Positions 35,740-45,508 of a stretch of 64,000 nucleotides of DNA are shown here, piece after piece. The stretch is from Anaerolineae bacterium (lineage in GTDB: Bacteria > Chloroflexota > Anaerolineae > Epilineales > Epilineaceae). The stretch covers positions 31,823 through 95,822 of the forward strand of contig JBCLES010000001.1 of the NCBI GenBank assembly GCA_038913135.1, read 5' to 3'. The translations under genes and the position numbers were made by a program. Numbering within the stretch: the stretch's first letter is position 1; each line of letters opens with the position of its first letter. The notes below the pieces were generated by a model. The model was not told the DNA's origin. It saw nothing but the letters and a program-made list of their open reading frames with translations, and ran no database searches.

Positions 35740-36395
35740 CCGTCGAGATCATCCCGTCGATCCTCTCCGCCGACTTCGCCAACCTGGAGCGCGACGTTCG
35801 GGCGGTGATGGATGCCGGCATCAAGAAGATTCAGGTCGATGTCATGGATGGCCGTTTCGTCCCGAACATCAGCGTCGGATTGCCCGTCGTGCGCTCTCTC
35901 AAGGCGCAGACGGATGCAGTGCTAGACGTCCACCTCATGATCGTCGAGCCGGAGCGGTGGATCGAGCAATTCGCGGAGGCCGGAGCGGATGTGATCACGG
36001 TCCACGCCGAGGCCACCGTGCATCTTCACCGGGCGCTAACACAGATCCGGGCGCTCGGACTGCGCGCCGGCGCCGCCATCAACCCGGCTACGCCTGCCGG
36101 CGTTCTCTCCGAGGTGTTGCCGCTCCTTGATCTCGCGGTCGTGATGAGCGTCGACCCGGGATTCGGCGGCCAACGCTTCATCGAAGCTGTGCTCCCGAAG
36201 ATATCGCATCTGGCTTCCGCTCTGAATGCCGTCGGTAACGGCGGCGTGGTTCAGGTCGACGGTGGTATCGACGTCAACACAATCGGTAGGGCGGTTGCGG
36301 CGGGGGCGAAGGAGTGCGTCGCAGGCTCGTCTGTTTTCTCTTTGGGTGATTCGATAGCCCACGCGATCAAAGCACTTCAAGAGGCGGTCCATTGA
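35736..36395 (+). CDS. rpe: Ribulose-phosphate 3-epimerase
   Basis: Motifs are IIPSILSADFANL, DVMDGRFVPN and VMSVDPGFGGQ. An ATGA overlap joins it to rlmN. Confidence 0.9.
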   Translation: MTVEIIPSILSADFANLERDVRAVMDAGIKKIQVDVMDGRFVPNISVGLPVVRSLKAQTDAVLDVHLMIVEPERWIEQFAEAGADVITVHAEATVHLHRALTQIRALGLRAGAAINPATPAGVLSEVLPLLDLAVVMSVDPGFGGQRFIEAVLPKISHLASALNAVGNGGVVQVDGGIDVNTIGRAVAAGAKECVAGSSVFSLGDSIAHAIKALQEAVH

Positions 36396-36435
36396 CCGCG
36401 TTGGCCACGGCACACTATCCTCCCAGGATCGACCT

Positions 36436-38682
36436 GTGTCGAACCGACGCCGACATCCTTCAGTCGCCGGCTCCGAAGGGTTGACGTTGACCGCGATCCG
36501 AGACACGCGGACAACTCGACCTGGCGCAGCGAGCCCGGTCGCCGATGGAGTGCGGCGCCGCGACGACGCAGCCCTCGATGCGCCCGTGACCGAGATCGAT
36601 GGGGTCGGGCCCAAGATCGCACTCAAGCTCGAACGTCTCGGCGTTCTTTCAATCCGCGATCTCCTGCTTCACGTTCCGCATAGGTACCGTGATCTCAGCC
36701 GGCTCGAGCCGATCGGCCGGGTTCGGCCCGGACAAGAAGTCACGCTCGTCGGAGCCGTCGCCGCTGTTCGACGCCAGCGCACTAAGTCCGGGAAGCCGGT
36801 AGTTGTTGTCGAGATCGCCGATTCCTCTGGGAAGATACTTTGCGTTTTCTTCAATCAACCGTGGCTCGAGAAGCAGTTCCGGATCGGGCAATCATTCGCC
36901 GTCGGTGGTCGCGTTGAACGCTGGTCGGGCAGGCCGGCGATCGTCGGGCCTGAATGGGAGCCGTTGGTCGAGGGCTCCGAAAGCGCGCACTCGGGTGGGC
37001 TGGTCCCGATCTACCCCGCGACCGAAGGACTTTCACAGCGAGCGCTGCGCAGATACGCCGGTTCAGCGGTCCAAAGTTACGCCCACTTGCTCGGTGACCC
37101 ACTCCCGCCCGGCACACGTTCCGAAGAGGGATTGCCGTCCCGCCCAGATTCGCTCCGCTGCATGCACCAGCCTGCAAGCCTCGAAGCGGTTGCGCGCGCG
37201 CGTCGGAGGCTTGCGCTCGATGAGCTCCTAGCTCTACAGCTTTGGTCCCGGCGCAAGCGAGCAGCGCGAGAGGCACTACTCGCCAAAAGCTTGGCGGCAG
37301 GCAGTCAAGCTCAAGCGCGTTTGATCGATTCGCTCCCGTTCGACCTTTCTTCAGCGCAAGCGCGCTGTATCGACGAGATAGCAGCTGATTTGGATCGGGA
37401 TCGACCGATGAGCCGCTTGCTTCAAGGCGATGTCGGAAGCGGCAAGACTGCGGTTGCGGCCGCCATGATCGCACGCTGTGTCGGCGCCGGCGGTCAGGTG
37501 GCAGTACTCGCGCCGACAGCGCTGTTGGCCGAGCAACATGTCACCACCTTGAAGCGAATGCTGGGTCCGCTCGGTTTCGAATCGTTCGTTCCTGAGTATC
37601 CGATGCCGATGAAGGGCGGACCCGTTCTGGCCCGACTAGTCGGCTCGATGCGTCCTGCCGAGAAGGCTGCTGTGGCCAATGCCGCGGCGGCCGGCACGAT
37701 CGATCTGGTCATTGGAACTCACGCGGTCATCCAAGAGCACGTACGTTTCGCGTCGCTCGCGCTGGTGATCGTCGACGAGCAGCACCGCTTTGGCGTGATG
37801 CAGCGCGCGGAGTTGCCGACTCGGGGAGCCGAGGCATCGCCCGACAGCGTGCCGCACCTTCTGATCATGACAGCGACCCCGATCCCGCGCACTCTTGCTT
37901 TGGTACTAAATGCGGACGTCGACCAATCGATCATCGACGAGCTCCCGCCGGGAAGAACTCCTGTCAAGACCGTGTGGTTGCAGCCTAGCGAGCGTCAACG
38001 CGCGCTGGCTTATGTTCGGCGCCGGGTCGAGAGCGGCGGGCAAGCATATTTCGTCTATCCATTGATTGACGAAAGCGATACGATCGACGCACGTGCCGCG
38101 ACGGTCGAGCACGAACGCTTGGCGTCGGAGGTGTTCCCCGACCTGCGCGTCGGCCTGCTCCACGGCCGCATGCGGTCGGCCGAAAAGGACGCTGTGATGA
38201 GTTCGTTCCGAACAGGATTGGTCGATGTCTTGGTATCGACGACGGTTGTCGAAGTCGGCGTGGACGTTCCGAATGCGACGGTCATGCTGATCGAGGGCGC
38301 TGAACGCTTCGGGCTCGCTCAGCTTCACCAGCTCCGCGGCCGGGTTGGGCGCGGAACCGCCGAAAGTGTTTGCCTGCTGGTCGGCGACGCGCGCGGAGCG
38401 AATTCGGCCGAACGTCTCGAAGCGATGACGCGGACCAATGACGGTCTCGAATTGGCGGAACGCGATCTCGAGCTAAGAGGTCCCGGGGACTATTTTGGAA
38501 CTCTGCAGAGTGGGCATGTCGAGCGCTTTCGATTCGCTCGGGATGCACGGACGGACGTACTCAAGCTAGCGGGGCGATTGGCGTCCGAAATTCTGGAGCG
38601 GGATCCGGCGCTCCTGAAGCCAGAGCACGCTCCGCTCGCCTCACTCGTCGCCTCATTCGAAGAAGGGGTTGCGAGGGCATGA
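36436..38682 (+). CDS. recG: ATP-dependent DNA helicase RecG
   Basis: The wedge region (IDGVGPKIALKLERLGV..DLL) is followed by helicase motifs GDVGSGKT, DEQHRFGV and MTATPIPRT, plus the LHGRM and QLRGRVGRG motifs. Confidence 0.9.
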   Translation: MSNRRRHPSVAGSEGLTLTAIRDTRTTRPGAASPVADGVRRRDDAALDAPVTEIDGVGPKIALKLERLGVLSIRDLLLHVPHRYRDLSRLEPIGRVRPGQEVTLVGAVAAVRRQRTKSGKPVVVVEIADSSGKILCVFFNQPWLEKQFRIGQSFAVGGRVERWSGRPAIVGPEWEPLVEGSESAHSGGLVPIYPATEGLSQRALRRYAGSAVQSYAHLLGDPLPPGTRSEEGLPSRPDSLRCMHQPASLEAVARARRRLALDELLALQLWSRRKRAAREALLAKSLAAGSQAQARLIDSLPFDLSSAQARCIDEIAADLDRDRPMSRLLQGDVGSGKTAVAAAMIARCVGAGGQVAVLAPTALLAEQHVTTLKRMLGPLGFESFVPEYPMPMKGGPVLARLVGSMRPAEKAAVANAAAAGTIDLVIGTHAVIQEHVRFASLALVIVDEQHRFGVMQRAELPTRGAEASPDSVPHLLIMTATPIPRTLALVLNADVDQSIIDELPPGRTPVKTVWLQPSERQRALAYVRRRVESGGQAYFVYPLIDESDTIDARAATVEHERLASEVFPDLRVGLLHGRMRSAEKDAVMSSFRTGLVDVLVSTTVVEVGVDVPNATVMLIEGAERFGLAQLHQLRGRVGRGTAESVCLLVGDARGANSAERLEAMTRTNDGLELAERDLELRGPGDYFGTLQSGHVERFRFARDARTDVLKLAGRLASEILERDPALLKPEHAPLASLVASFEEGVARA

Positions 38683-39251
38683 GCAAGTCGAGCGCAGTGC
38701 CGAGAAAGTCTACGGAAGGCGTCGCGGTCTTTCCGGCGACCTTCGATCCGATCACCAACGGCCATGTTGCGCTTGCGGAGCGGATTGCGCTCCATTTCGA
38801 CCGATTGGTACTTGGCGTGTACGCTCATGTACCCGAAGGATCGAAAAGGACACTATTTTCCACGGAGGAGCGAGTGCAGCTGTGTCACCGGGCCGTAGAG
38901 CATATCCGGAACACTCAGGTGACGTCCTTCGAAGGGCTCGCTGTCGACTTTGCACGTTCCCAGGGCGCATCAATAATCGTCAGAGGCTTGCGGGTGGCGG
39001 ATGACTTTGAGTTCGAGCGACAGATGGCGATGATGAATCGCCATCTCGCGCCTGAAATCGAGACGTTGCTGCTCATCGCTGATCCGGAACACGCCTTCAT
39101 CAGCGCCTCGATTGTACGCGAGGTTGGTATGATGGGCGGAGATGTGAGCGGCATGGTACCGCCGCCGGTCGCCGAAGCACTGACCGAACGCCGGTCGTCG
39201 ATCCGCCGAAGTGCCGTCGAAAGCGTCCAGAAAGCTAATCAGTTGAACTAA
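38679..39251 (+). CDS. coaD: Phosphopantetheine adenylyltransferase
   Basis: Motifs are VAVFPATFDPITNGH and ISASIVRE. An ATGA overlap joins it to recG. Confidence 0.9.
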   Translation: MSKSSAVPRKSTEGVAVFPATFDPITNGHVALAERIALHFDRLVLGVYAHVPEGSKRTLFSTEERVQLCHRAVEHIRNTQVTSFEGLAVDFARSQGASIIVRGLRVADDFEFERQMAMMNRHLAPEIETLLLIADPEHAFISASIVREVGMMGGDVSGMVPPPVAEALTERRSSIRRSAVESVQKANQLN

Positions 39252-39277
39252 GATCTCGATCGCCGCTACGCCATGCC

Positions 39278-39862
39278 TTGGATGCGACGGGGAAAGGAGC
39301 GGGAACCATAGACCTCGACTACTTGATCGATCGGCTCGAAGAGCTTCTCGATCGCGCCACTCGGATCCCCTACTCGTCTCGAGTTCTCTTGGACGAGGAT
39401 GAATATCTACGCCTGATCGACCAGATGCGCATCAGCGTTCCTCAAGAGATCAAGAACGCTCGCCAAATCGAGGCGGAGCGCGAGGCGCGGCTGGCCGCCG
39501 CTCAGGAGCAGGCGGACGCGATCGTTGCAGCGGCGCACGAGAAAGCGGATGCGCTGACCAGCGAACACCGAATCCTGGAGGAGGCGAGGCGTCGCGGCGA
39601 CGAAGTTCTTGCTCAGGGTTACGAAGAAGGCAACGCGATCCGCGGCGACGCAGACGCCTATGCGCTCGAAGTATTGGAGCGCCTCGCTGCCCAGTTGGAT
39701 CAATTCGGCCGGACGGTGCACAACGGCATGTCGCTCCTGCGTTCGGGGGAACGTGTCGAGATCGAACCGGAGATTGTGGGTGAGCCAGCGAGGACGGAGC
39801 CTGCGAGATCCGCGGCTTCGGACCGCGGCGAAGTAGCTCCGAAGGAAGCTGAGGCTCAATAG
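39278..39862 (+). CDS. Coiled-coil protein of unknown function
   Basis: The 194-aa ORF is rich in E/R/A heptad-like sequence (EAEREARLAAAQEQADAIVAAAHEKADAL). It sits between coaD and yceD. The start is uncertain (TTG at 39278). Confidence 0.5.
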   Translation: MDATGKGAGTIDLDYLIDRLEELLDRATRIPYSSRVLLDEDEYLRLIDQMRISVPQEIKNARQIEAEREARLAAAQEQADAIVAAAHEKADALTSEHRILEEARRRGDEVLAQGYEEGNAIRGDADAYALEVLERLAAQLDQFGRTVHNGMSLLRSGERVEIEPEIVGEPARTEPARSAASDRGEVAPKEAEAQ

Positions 39863-39948
39863 GCGGCTGGCCAAAATGTTTGACTGAGCGACCGGCGCGG
39901 CGTAGACTCTTGCGGCGCTGCGGCCGGGCTGCGGCGCGGGAGCTTAAC

Positions 39949-40476
39949 ATGCGGTTCAACGTGGCCGGGCTGCTGAAGTCACCTCCGGGAACGCGAAGGC
40001 GCGTTACGGTGGACGATGCGCTCGATTTCGTCAGCGAGGATGCAATCCTGGTCGGTCCGATCGTCGGAGAGCTTTCGCTGATCCGGGAGCTGACCGGCGT
40101 GTTGGTCGATGGCACTCTCCGAACGACATTGCAGGTTGCTTGCTCTCGGTGTCTCGAACCGGTGGACGTCGAGGTGGACCTGTACATCGAAGAGCACTTT
40201 CGTCCGACGGTCTTTATCCCTGGAACTGCTATCGAAAGGAGCCCTGAAGACGCGGAGGATCCCGCGACGGTGCTCGATGCGCAGCATACGCTAGATCTTT
40301 CGGAAGTATTGCGTCAGTCAGTGTTGTTAGCGGTGCCGCTTCATGCCCTTTGCAGCGAGTCGTGCAGTGGATTGTGTCCTGAGTGCGGCACTGACCTGAA
40401 TCGTGCCGAGTGCGATTGTGAGGCGGAGCCGGATCCGCGGTGGAGCGCTCTTCGCGCTTTGTTCGAGGACGGGTGA
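39949..40476 (+). CDS. yceD: YceD/DUF177 family ribosome-assembly-associated protein
   Basis: Cys motifs are CSRCLEPV and CSESCSGLCPECGTDLN...CDC. It lies immediately upstream of rpmF, the conserved synteny. The ATG at 39949 follows GGGAG with a 6-nt spacer. Confidence 0.8.
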   Translation: MRFNVAGLLKSPPGTRRRVTVDDALDFVSEDAILVGPIVGELSLIRELTGVLVDGTLRTTLQVACSRCLEPVDVEVDLYIEEHFRPTVFIPGTAIERSPEDAEDPATVLDAQHTLDLSEVLRQSVLLAVPLHALCSESCSGLCPECGTDLNRAECDCEAEPDPRWSALRALFEDG

Positions 40477-40557
40477 TGTCTGACCCGGAGATGAAGGGCC
40501 GATCCGCGATTAATGCGGGTTACGGCCTGCCAGGTAATAACGAGGGAGTGGAAGTCG

Positions 40558-40749
40558 ATGGGTGCATTACCCAAGAGTCGAATCAGCCCGCGCCGCCGCA
40601 GAGCGCGTCGAACCCACTACAAGATCTTTCCGGTCAAGCTCGTTCCGTGTACGTCATGTGCTGCCATGCACAAGCCGCATCACGTATGTCCTACGTGCGG
40701 GAGCTATCGCGGCATGCAGATGATCGCGAGCGACGACGTAAGCGAGTGA
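40558..40749 (+). CDS. rpmF: 50S ribosomal protein L32
   Basis: The product reads MGALPKSRISPRRRRARRTHYK...CTSC...HHVCPTCGSY, the basic N-terminus plus zinc-ribbon form of L32. It is 63 aa. Confidence 0.85.
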   Translation: MGALPKSRISPRRRRARRTHYKIFPVKLVPCTSCAAMHKPHHVCPTCGSYRGMQMIASDDVSE

Positions 40750-40789
40750 TTCAAGGTCTCCGCACCGGCACCCCTAGAAGGGATGTCCA

Positions 40790-41704
40790 GTGTCGGTAGC
40801 TTGGGTGTTTCCAGGGCAAGGCTCGCACAGCGTGGGGATGGCATCGGCATGGTCCGACGTTCATCCGGTAGTTACCAACGTTCTCGCCACTGCGGATCAG
40901 GTTCTCGGACGAAATCTCACAGGCTTGATCGAGGCGGGTCCGCTGGAGGCTCTGTCCGATACGCGCAACCAACAGCCGGCGCTGCTCGCTACAAGTATCG
41001 CGATACTGAGGGGTGCCGCCGCAGACTTGCCGCCGCCGGCTTTTGTCGCGGGCCACTCGGTCGGAGAGTTTGCTGCCTGTGTCGCCGCCGCCGCCCTGAC
41101 GTACGAGGATGCACTTACCTTGGTCGAGGCGCGCGCACAGCTCATGCACGAAGCAGGAGAGCGAAATCCAGGAAGGGTTGCGGCGGTCCTGGGCCTATCC
41201 GACGCCGAAGTCGAGTCGATCTGCGCCGACGTCGATGGTGCCGAGATCGCGAATTACAACTCGCCGGGCCAAGTTGTCATCTCGGGAACGATTGCCGGCA
41301 TTGAAGGCGCGAGTGCCTATCTAATCGAAGCCGGCGCTCGACGGGTCATCCCACTGAATATCTCCGTGGCGGTCCATTCGTCGCTGATGGCAGGCGCAGC
41401 GGCAGCCTTTGCGGACCGGATTGCGGAAACGACGATCAGTGCCCCGCGGGTTCCGATCGTGGGCAACGTCTCGGCTATGCCGCTGAACAGCGCCGACGAA
41501 TTGCGGGAAGAATTGCAGCAACAACTCACGGCATCCGTCCGTTGGACCAAATCCGTGGAGGCCATGCTCGACGCCGGCGTAGATACGTTCATCGAGATCG
41601 GACCGGGCAACGTGCTCGGCGGTTTGATCAAGCGTATCGCGCGCGGCCGCGAGATTGACGACCTTATCATCGAATCGCTCGCCAACCCGCCTGAGACAGC
41701 ATGA
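40790..41704 (+). CDS. fabD: Malonyl-CoA:ACP transacylase
   Basis: Motifs are FPGQGSH, the GHSVGEF active-site Ser, and NYNSPGQVVISG. Confidence 0.9.
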   Translation: MSVAWVFPGQGSHSVGMASAWSDVHPVVTNVLATADQVLGRNLTGLIEAGPLEALSDTRNQQPALLATSIAILRGAAADLPPPAFVAGHSVGEFAACVAAAALTYEDALTLVEARAQLMHEAGERNPGRVAAVLGLSDAEVESICADVDGAEIANYNSPGQVVISGTIAGIEGASAYLIEAGARRVIPLNISVAVHSSLMAGAAAAFADRIAETTISAPRVPIVGNVSAMPLNSADELREELQQQLTASVRWTKSVEAMLDAGVDTFIEIGPGNVLGGLIKRIARGREIDDLIIESLANPPETA

Positions 41705-41737
41705 AATGCCGACAACACGCTTCTGGAGGCTCGGAAC

Positions 41738-42490
41738 ATGACCGATGCTGACGCCCGGACACGGGTCGCTCTTGTCACAGGGTCCTCGCGCGGCATCGGC
41801 CGAGCAATCGCCATGAGACTTGGTACGGAAGGCATGCGAGTGGTCGTGAACTACCACAACAACGCTTCGGCGGCGGAAGAGGTTGTGTCCGCGATTCTAG
41901 CGGCCGGCTCCGAGGCTTTGGCTGTGCAGGCAGATGTTTCGGATCCCCAGCAAGCGGGAAGTCTTGTCGACACTGCGATCGAGCGCTTCGGTGCTCTGGA
42001 CATCATCGTCCACAATGCTGGCACGACACGCGACACCCTTCTGGCTCGGATGAGCGACGATGATATCGATGCTGTGCTCGACACCAACCTGAAAAGCGCA
42101 TTCCACTTGATCCGCCCTGCGCTGCGATTGATGATGCGCCAGCGCTCCGGCCGGATAGTCTGTATAGCCTCCATCGCAGGGTTGGACGGCAATCCGGGGC
42201 AGACGAACTACTCCGCTTCTAAGGCGGGGCTGATCGGACTGGTGAAGAGCCTTGCCAAAGAGATCGGTCCGCGCGGCATCACGGTGAATGCAGTAGCGCC
42301 CGGCTTTGTGAACACCGATATGACTGCCGAGATGTCGGAGGCCCTCATAGAGCGCGCGATTGAACACACACCTCTGCGCCGCACGGGAACCGTCGACGAC
42401 ATCGCCGCGGCTGTCGCCTTCCTGGTTTCAGACGATGCTTCGTTCATCACCGGCCAAGTCTTGCGCGTTGATGGCGGACTTCAGCTCTGA
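41738..42490 (+). CDS. fabG: 3-Oxoacyl-ACP reductase
   Basis: The SDR motifs are VTGSSRGIGRAIA, NAG and the YSASKAG catalytic Y-x3-K. A GGAGG Shine-Dalgarno lies upstream. Confidence 0.9.
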   Translation: MTDADARTRVALVTGSSRGIGRAIAMRLGTEGMRVVVNYHNNASAAEEVVSAILAAGSEALAVQADVSDPQQAGSLVDTAIERFGALDIIVHNAGTTRDTLLARMSDDDIDAVLDTNLKSAFHLIRPALRLMMRQRSGRIVCIASIAGLDGNPGQTNYSASKAGLIGLVKSLAKEIGPRGITVNAVAPGFVNTDMTAEMSEALIERAIEHTPLRRTGTVDDIAAAVAFLVSDDASFITGQVLRVDGGLQL

Positions 42491-42605
42491 TCGCGCTTAT
42501 CAGGGTTCCGAAAGGTCAGCAGCGGATTTCACGTCGTGATTCGTCGGCGATAGGGATCTCCTTTACCGCTCCGTTGTTCATTGCGCCACTATTCCAGGCT
42601 CTTCG

Positions 42606-43292
42606 ATGAAGGGCAGGCGGCGGGCACGTCGCCTGGCGCTTCAAGCGCTTTACGAGCTTGATCAGAGCACTCACGGATATGGCGATGTCGTTATCGGCAG
42701 GTGCCAAGCCATTCTAAGCGAGTGGTTCGATCGGTCCGGCGCCGAGATCGGTGCTACAAGCCGAACCCGTCTCATCGACCGAATCACGGCTAGCATCGCC
42801 GACTCGAGTCCGGGCCAGATCAGGCGCCTCGACGATCCCAGGGACCGGCTCAAATACGTCGAAGACCTGTTCGACCAATTGTTCGGATCCGACGATCACG
42901 CTTCGGAACGGGAGAGCCTGGCGCTCCGCATTGATGGACTCACGGATGTAATTGGTCAGCTTGCTTTCGCGATCCGCGTCGTGGATGGAGTGGTGAGTTC
43001 CGGCGATGCGATCGACTCCGTGATCGAGCGGATCGCGCCAGAGTGGCCCGTGGAGAACATGGCGCCGGTCGACCGGAATCTCCTTCGGATGGCGATTTGG
43101 GAAATAGGCGCTAAAGCCAGTCCTCAGCGGGTCGCGATCAACGAGGCCGTCGAATTGGCTCGCGAGTTCAGCGGCGAAGGCTCACGCCGTATGGTCAACG
43201 GCGCCCTCGGTACATACACCAGCGTGACATCGACCATGCTTATGTTCGATGCGACTGAGAAGGACGCCGATTTGGGCGAGCCACGGAAGTGA
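42606..43292 (+). CDS. nusB: Transcription antitermination factor NusB (long form with an internal insertion)
   Basis: The N-terminus is RRARRLALQALYE. C-terminal motifs are VDRNLLRMAIWEI and INEAVELAREFSGEGSRRMVNGALG. At 228 aa it is well above the roughly 140 aa that is typical. Confidence 0.8.
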   Translation: MKGRRRARRLALQALYELDQSTHGYGDVVIGRCQAILSEWFDRSGAEIGATSRTRLIDRITASIADSSPGQIRRLDDPRDRLKYVEDLFDQLFGSDDHASERESLALRIDGLTDVIGQLAFAIRVVDGVVSSGDAIDSVIERIAPEWPVENMAPVDRNLLRMAIWEIGAKASPQRVAINEAVELAREFSGEGSRRMVNGALGTYTSVTSTMLMFDATEKDADLGEPRK

Positions 43293-44014
43293 GCGGCGTC
43301 ATCGAAGGACGGCTTGATGTCCTCAGGTCGCGGATCGAAGACGCAGCGCGGCGGACCGGTCGCGACTCGTCCGGTATCGAAATCGTCGCGGCCGTCAAAG
43401 ATGCTTCGCCCGAAGAGGTGGCGGCGGCGATCCGAGCCGGCGTAAACCATTTTGGTGAAAATCGGCTGCAAGATGCCGTACGCCGACTCGACTCGCCTGA
43501 GGTCGTTGCTGCCTGCGCTGATCGAACTGGACTTTGCTGGCACTTCATCGGCCACTGCCAAACGAACAAGGCCGAGGGCGTCGTCGAGCGCTTCGATCGA
43601 ATCGACTCGGTCGATAGCCTGCGCCTGGCGAGAAAGGTTAGTCAGATAGCCGTGTCGCTCGGACGGTCGATGCCGGTGCTCATCGAGCTCAACATCGCGC
43701 GGGAGGCATCGAAGCATGGCTTCGACACCGAAGACCTCGAGATGCTCGTCGAAGCGGTCGGCGAAGTCGATTCGTTGGGTGGGATCAATGTCGTCGGGCT
43801 CATGACGATCGGACCCCTCGAAGGCGGGCCAGACCGTGCCCCTGCGGCTTTCGCAGCGATGGCAGAGCTTCGGGCGCGGCTCGCAGCGCGGCTGCCGGGG
43901 ACGGATTTCGGCGCGCTCTCGATGGGTATGAGCAACGACTTCGAGAGTGCGATAGAGTATGGTTCGACCGAGGTCAGAATCGGAAGGACACTCTTCGCCC
44001 CACCAGGGAAATGA
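43289..44014 (+). CDS. yggS: YggS-family pyridoxal-phosphate homeostasis protein
   Basis: Motifs are the AAVKDAS PLP lysine region, HFIGHCQTNK and SMGMSNDFE. A GTGA overlap joins it to nusB. Confidence 0.85.
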   Translation: MSGVIEGRLDVLRSRIEDAARRTGRDSSGIEIVAAVKDASPEEVAAAIRAGVNHFGENRLQDAVRRLDSPEVVAACADRTGLCWHFIGHCQTNKAEGVVERFDRIDSVDSLRLARKVSQIAVSLGRSMPVLIELNIAREASKHGFDTEDLEMLVEAVGEVDSLGGINVVGLMTIGPLEGGPDRAPAAFAAMAELRARLAARLPGTDFGALSMGMSNDFESAIEYGSTEVRIGRTLFAPPGK

Positions 44015-44283
44015 CTGAAATGAACCCGATAGCGGATGTGATCTACCTGCTTCTGCAATTTCTCAAGTTCGCCATTCTAGGACGCGTGCTCCTGTCGTGG
44101 GTCGACCCGAACCCATATCCTACCAATGCATTCAAGCAAGGCCTCTTTGCAGTGACCGATCCCATCCTCGAGCCACTCCGCAGGGTGATCCCGCCGATGG
44201 GGATGTTCGATATTTCACCGATCGTCGCCATCGTCGTGCTCGACGTGATTGCCAGAGCGATTCATGAGAGCTTTGCGTACTGA
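44011..44283 (+). CDS. yggT: YggT-family membrane protein
   Basis: The product is 90 aa with two hydrophobic helices and the motif DPILEPLRRVIPP. An ATGA overlap joins it to yggS. Confidence 0.75.
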   Translation: MTEMNPIADVIYLLLQFLKFAILGRVLLSWVDPNPYPTNAFKQGLFAVTDPILEPLRRVIPPMGMFDISPIVAIVVLDVIARAIHESFAY

Positions 44284-44360
44284 AGTCAGGCAGGACTAAG
44301 GGCGATCGCTCTCGCCTCGACCTCAATCGCCCCAGTTTGTCTAAGGCGGCGAACCGGAGT

Positions 44361-44744
44361 TCATGCCTCGGCTCCGGTCTGCGCGCCTTCGACCGTGTTC
44401 CAGATGGGGTCGTCGGGAGGTTGGAACGTGTATCCGACTCCCCGGACCGTATGGATGACCGATGGGCTTGTCTTTTCCGGCTCGATCTTGCGCCTGATCC
44501 AGTGCACATGTACTTCGAGCGTTCGCGTATCGGCGACATAGCCCGTCTGCCACACTTCGCGCATCAGGAATTGGCGCGTCAAGACCTGACCCCTGTACCG
44601 AATGAAGGCGGCCAGGAGTTGACACTCTTTCGGCGTCAAATGATATGTGCGGTCGGCGCATCGAAGCTCGCGACTTTCGATGTCGAGGCGCAACGGTCCG
44701 GATACGAGGACGCGCCCGTCGTCCTGGGTACTGTTTGCGCTCAT
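44361..44744 (-). CDS. Stand-alone OmpR/PhoB-type winged-helix DNA-binding protein (no receiver domain)
   Basis: LTPKECQLLAAFIRYRGQVLTRQFLMREVW...TRTLEVHVHWIRRKIE...IHTVRGVGYTF is a complete Trans_reg_C domain. The ATG at 44744 follows GGGAG with a 9-nt spacer, 22 nt after the upstream stop. Confidence 0.7.
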   Translation of the reverse strand: MSANSTQDDGRVLVSGPLRLDIESRELRCADRTYHLTPKECQLLAAFIRYRGQVLTRQFLMREVWQTGYVADTRTLEVHVHWIRRKIEPEKTSPSVIHTVRGVGYTFQPPDDPIWNTVEGAQTGAEA

Positions 44745-44766
44745 CGATCGACGCTCCCGCCGCCGA

Positions 44767-45471
44767 TCACGCGTGAATGATTCTTTCGCATGAATCGCAA
44801 CGTACGAGGACCATCTGAGAGCGAGCTCGTTCAGCATCCTGAACAGGCAGGACAGCGCCACAGGCTCGACATCCGTCGCCTGCCAGGCGCGCCACGGCGA
44901 TTCCGCCGAGCGCTCGAACGCTTCTTAGCCGGTCATATAGCCGAAGATCTTCAGGCTCAACCCGCTCTCTAGCCTCGGTCCGTCGCGCCTCTATCTCGAT
45001 TGCTTCAGCTTTCAATGCGTCGCGATCTGACTGCAAAGCAAGGCGTCGCGCCTCGAACTCAGCCTCGGCGACACTGAGATTATTAGCCGCTTCATCCCGA
45101 TCCGCGGTTGCGTCGTCTCGCTCGAGCAGCGCGACGAGCAATTCGTCTTCGATCGCGGTGAGACGTCGGCGCTGAGAATCAATCGAAGCCTTCAGGCCCT
45201 GCAGTTCCCGCGGCGTCGTGAATCGCCCGTCGTAGAGCGTCTTCTCATCCCGCTCGATCTTTTCGCGAATCGCGGCTCGTTCCAGTTCGAGAGCGCGGAG
45301 AGTTGCCGAGGATCTGTCCAGCGTGGCTTCAGCGGCGGCGACACCACTCCGCGCCGAGTCTACGTCCGAGGTGTCCTTGAGTCCGTCGATGACTATGCGC
45401 GATCGCCGGACGATCTCGTCGCGTTGGAGGTCGATCGTCTGTAGATCGTGCAGCGATCTTGAGCGGGACAC
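44767..45471 (-). CDS. Coiled-coil C4 zinc-ribbon protein (COG1579/DUF164-like)
   Basis: A long coiled coil is followed by the C-terminal CRACGAVLP...VRCDSCERIIH. The GTG start follows AAGAGG with an 8-nt spacer. Confidence 0.75.
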   Translation of the reverse strand: MSRSRSLHDLQTIDLQRDEIVRRSRIVIDGLKDTSDVDSARSGVAAAEATLDRSSATLRALELERAAIREKIERDEKTLYDGRFTTPRELQGLKASIDSQRRRLTAIEDELLVALLERDDATADRDEAANNLSVAEAEFEARRLALQSDRDALKAEAIEIEARRTEARERVEPEDLRLYDRLRSVRALGGIAVARLAGDGCRACGAVLPVQDAERARSQMVLVRCDSCERIIHA

Positions 45472-45508
45472 GGAGACGGCCTCTTAGGTGGGCTTATCAG
45501 GGCGCGGG

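Noticed and set aside
39450-40187. 245-aa minus-strand ORF
   Set aside because: It spans two well-supported plus-strand genes (the coiled-coil protein and yceD) and has off-frame composition.
42491-42605. Possible missing acpP or small ORF after fabG (includes ORF 42516-42707, minus strand)
   Set aside because: The gap is too short for an ACP gene and has no DSL-type phosphopantetheine motif in any frame. The minus-strand ORF overlaps nusB and lacks coding character.
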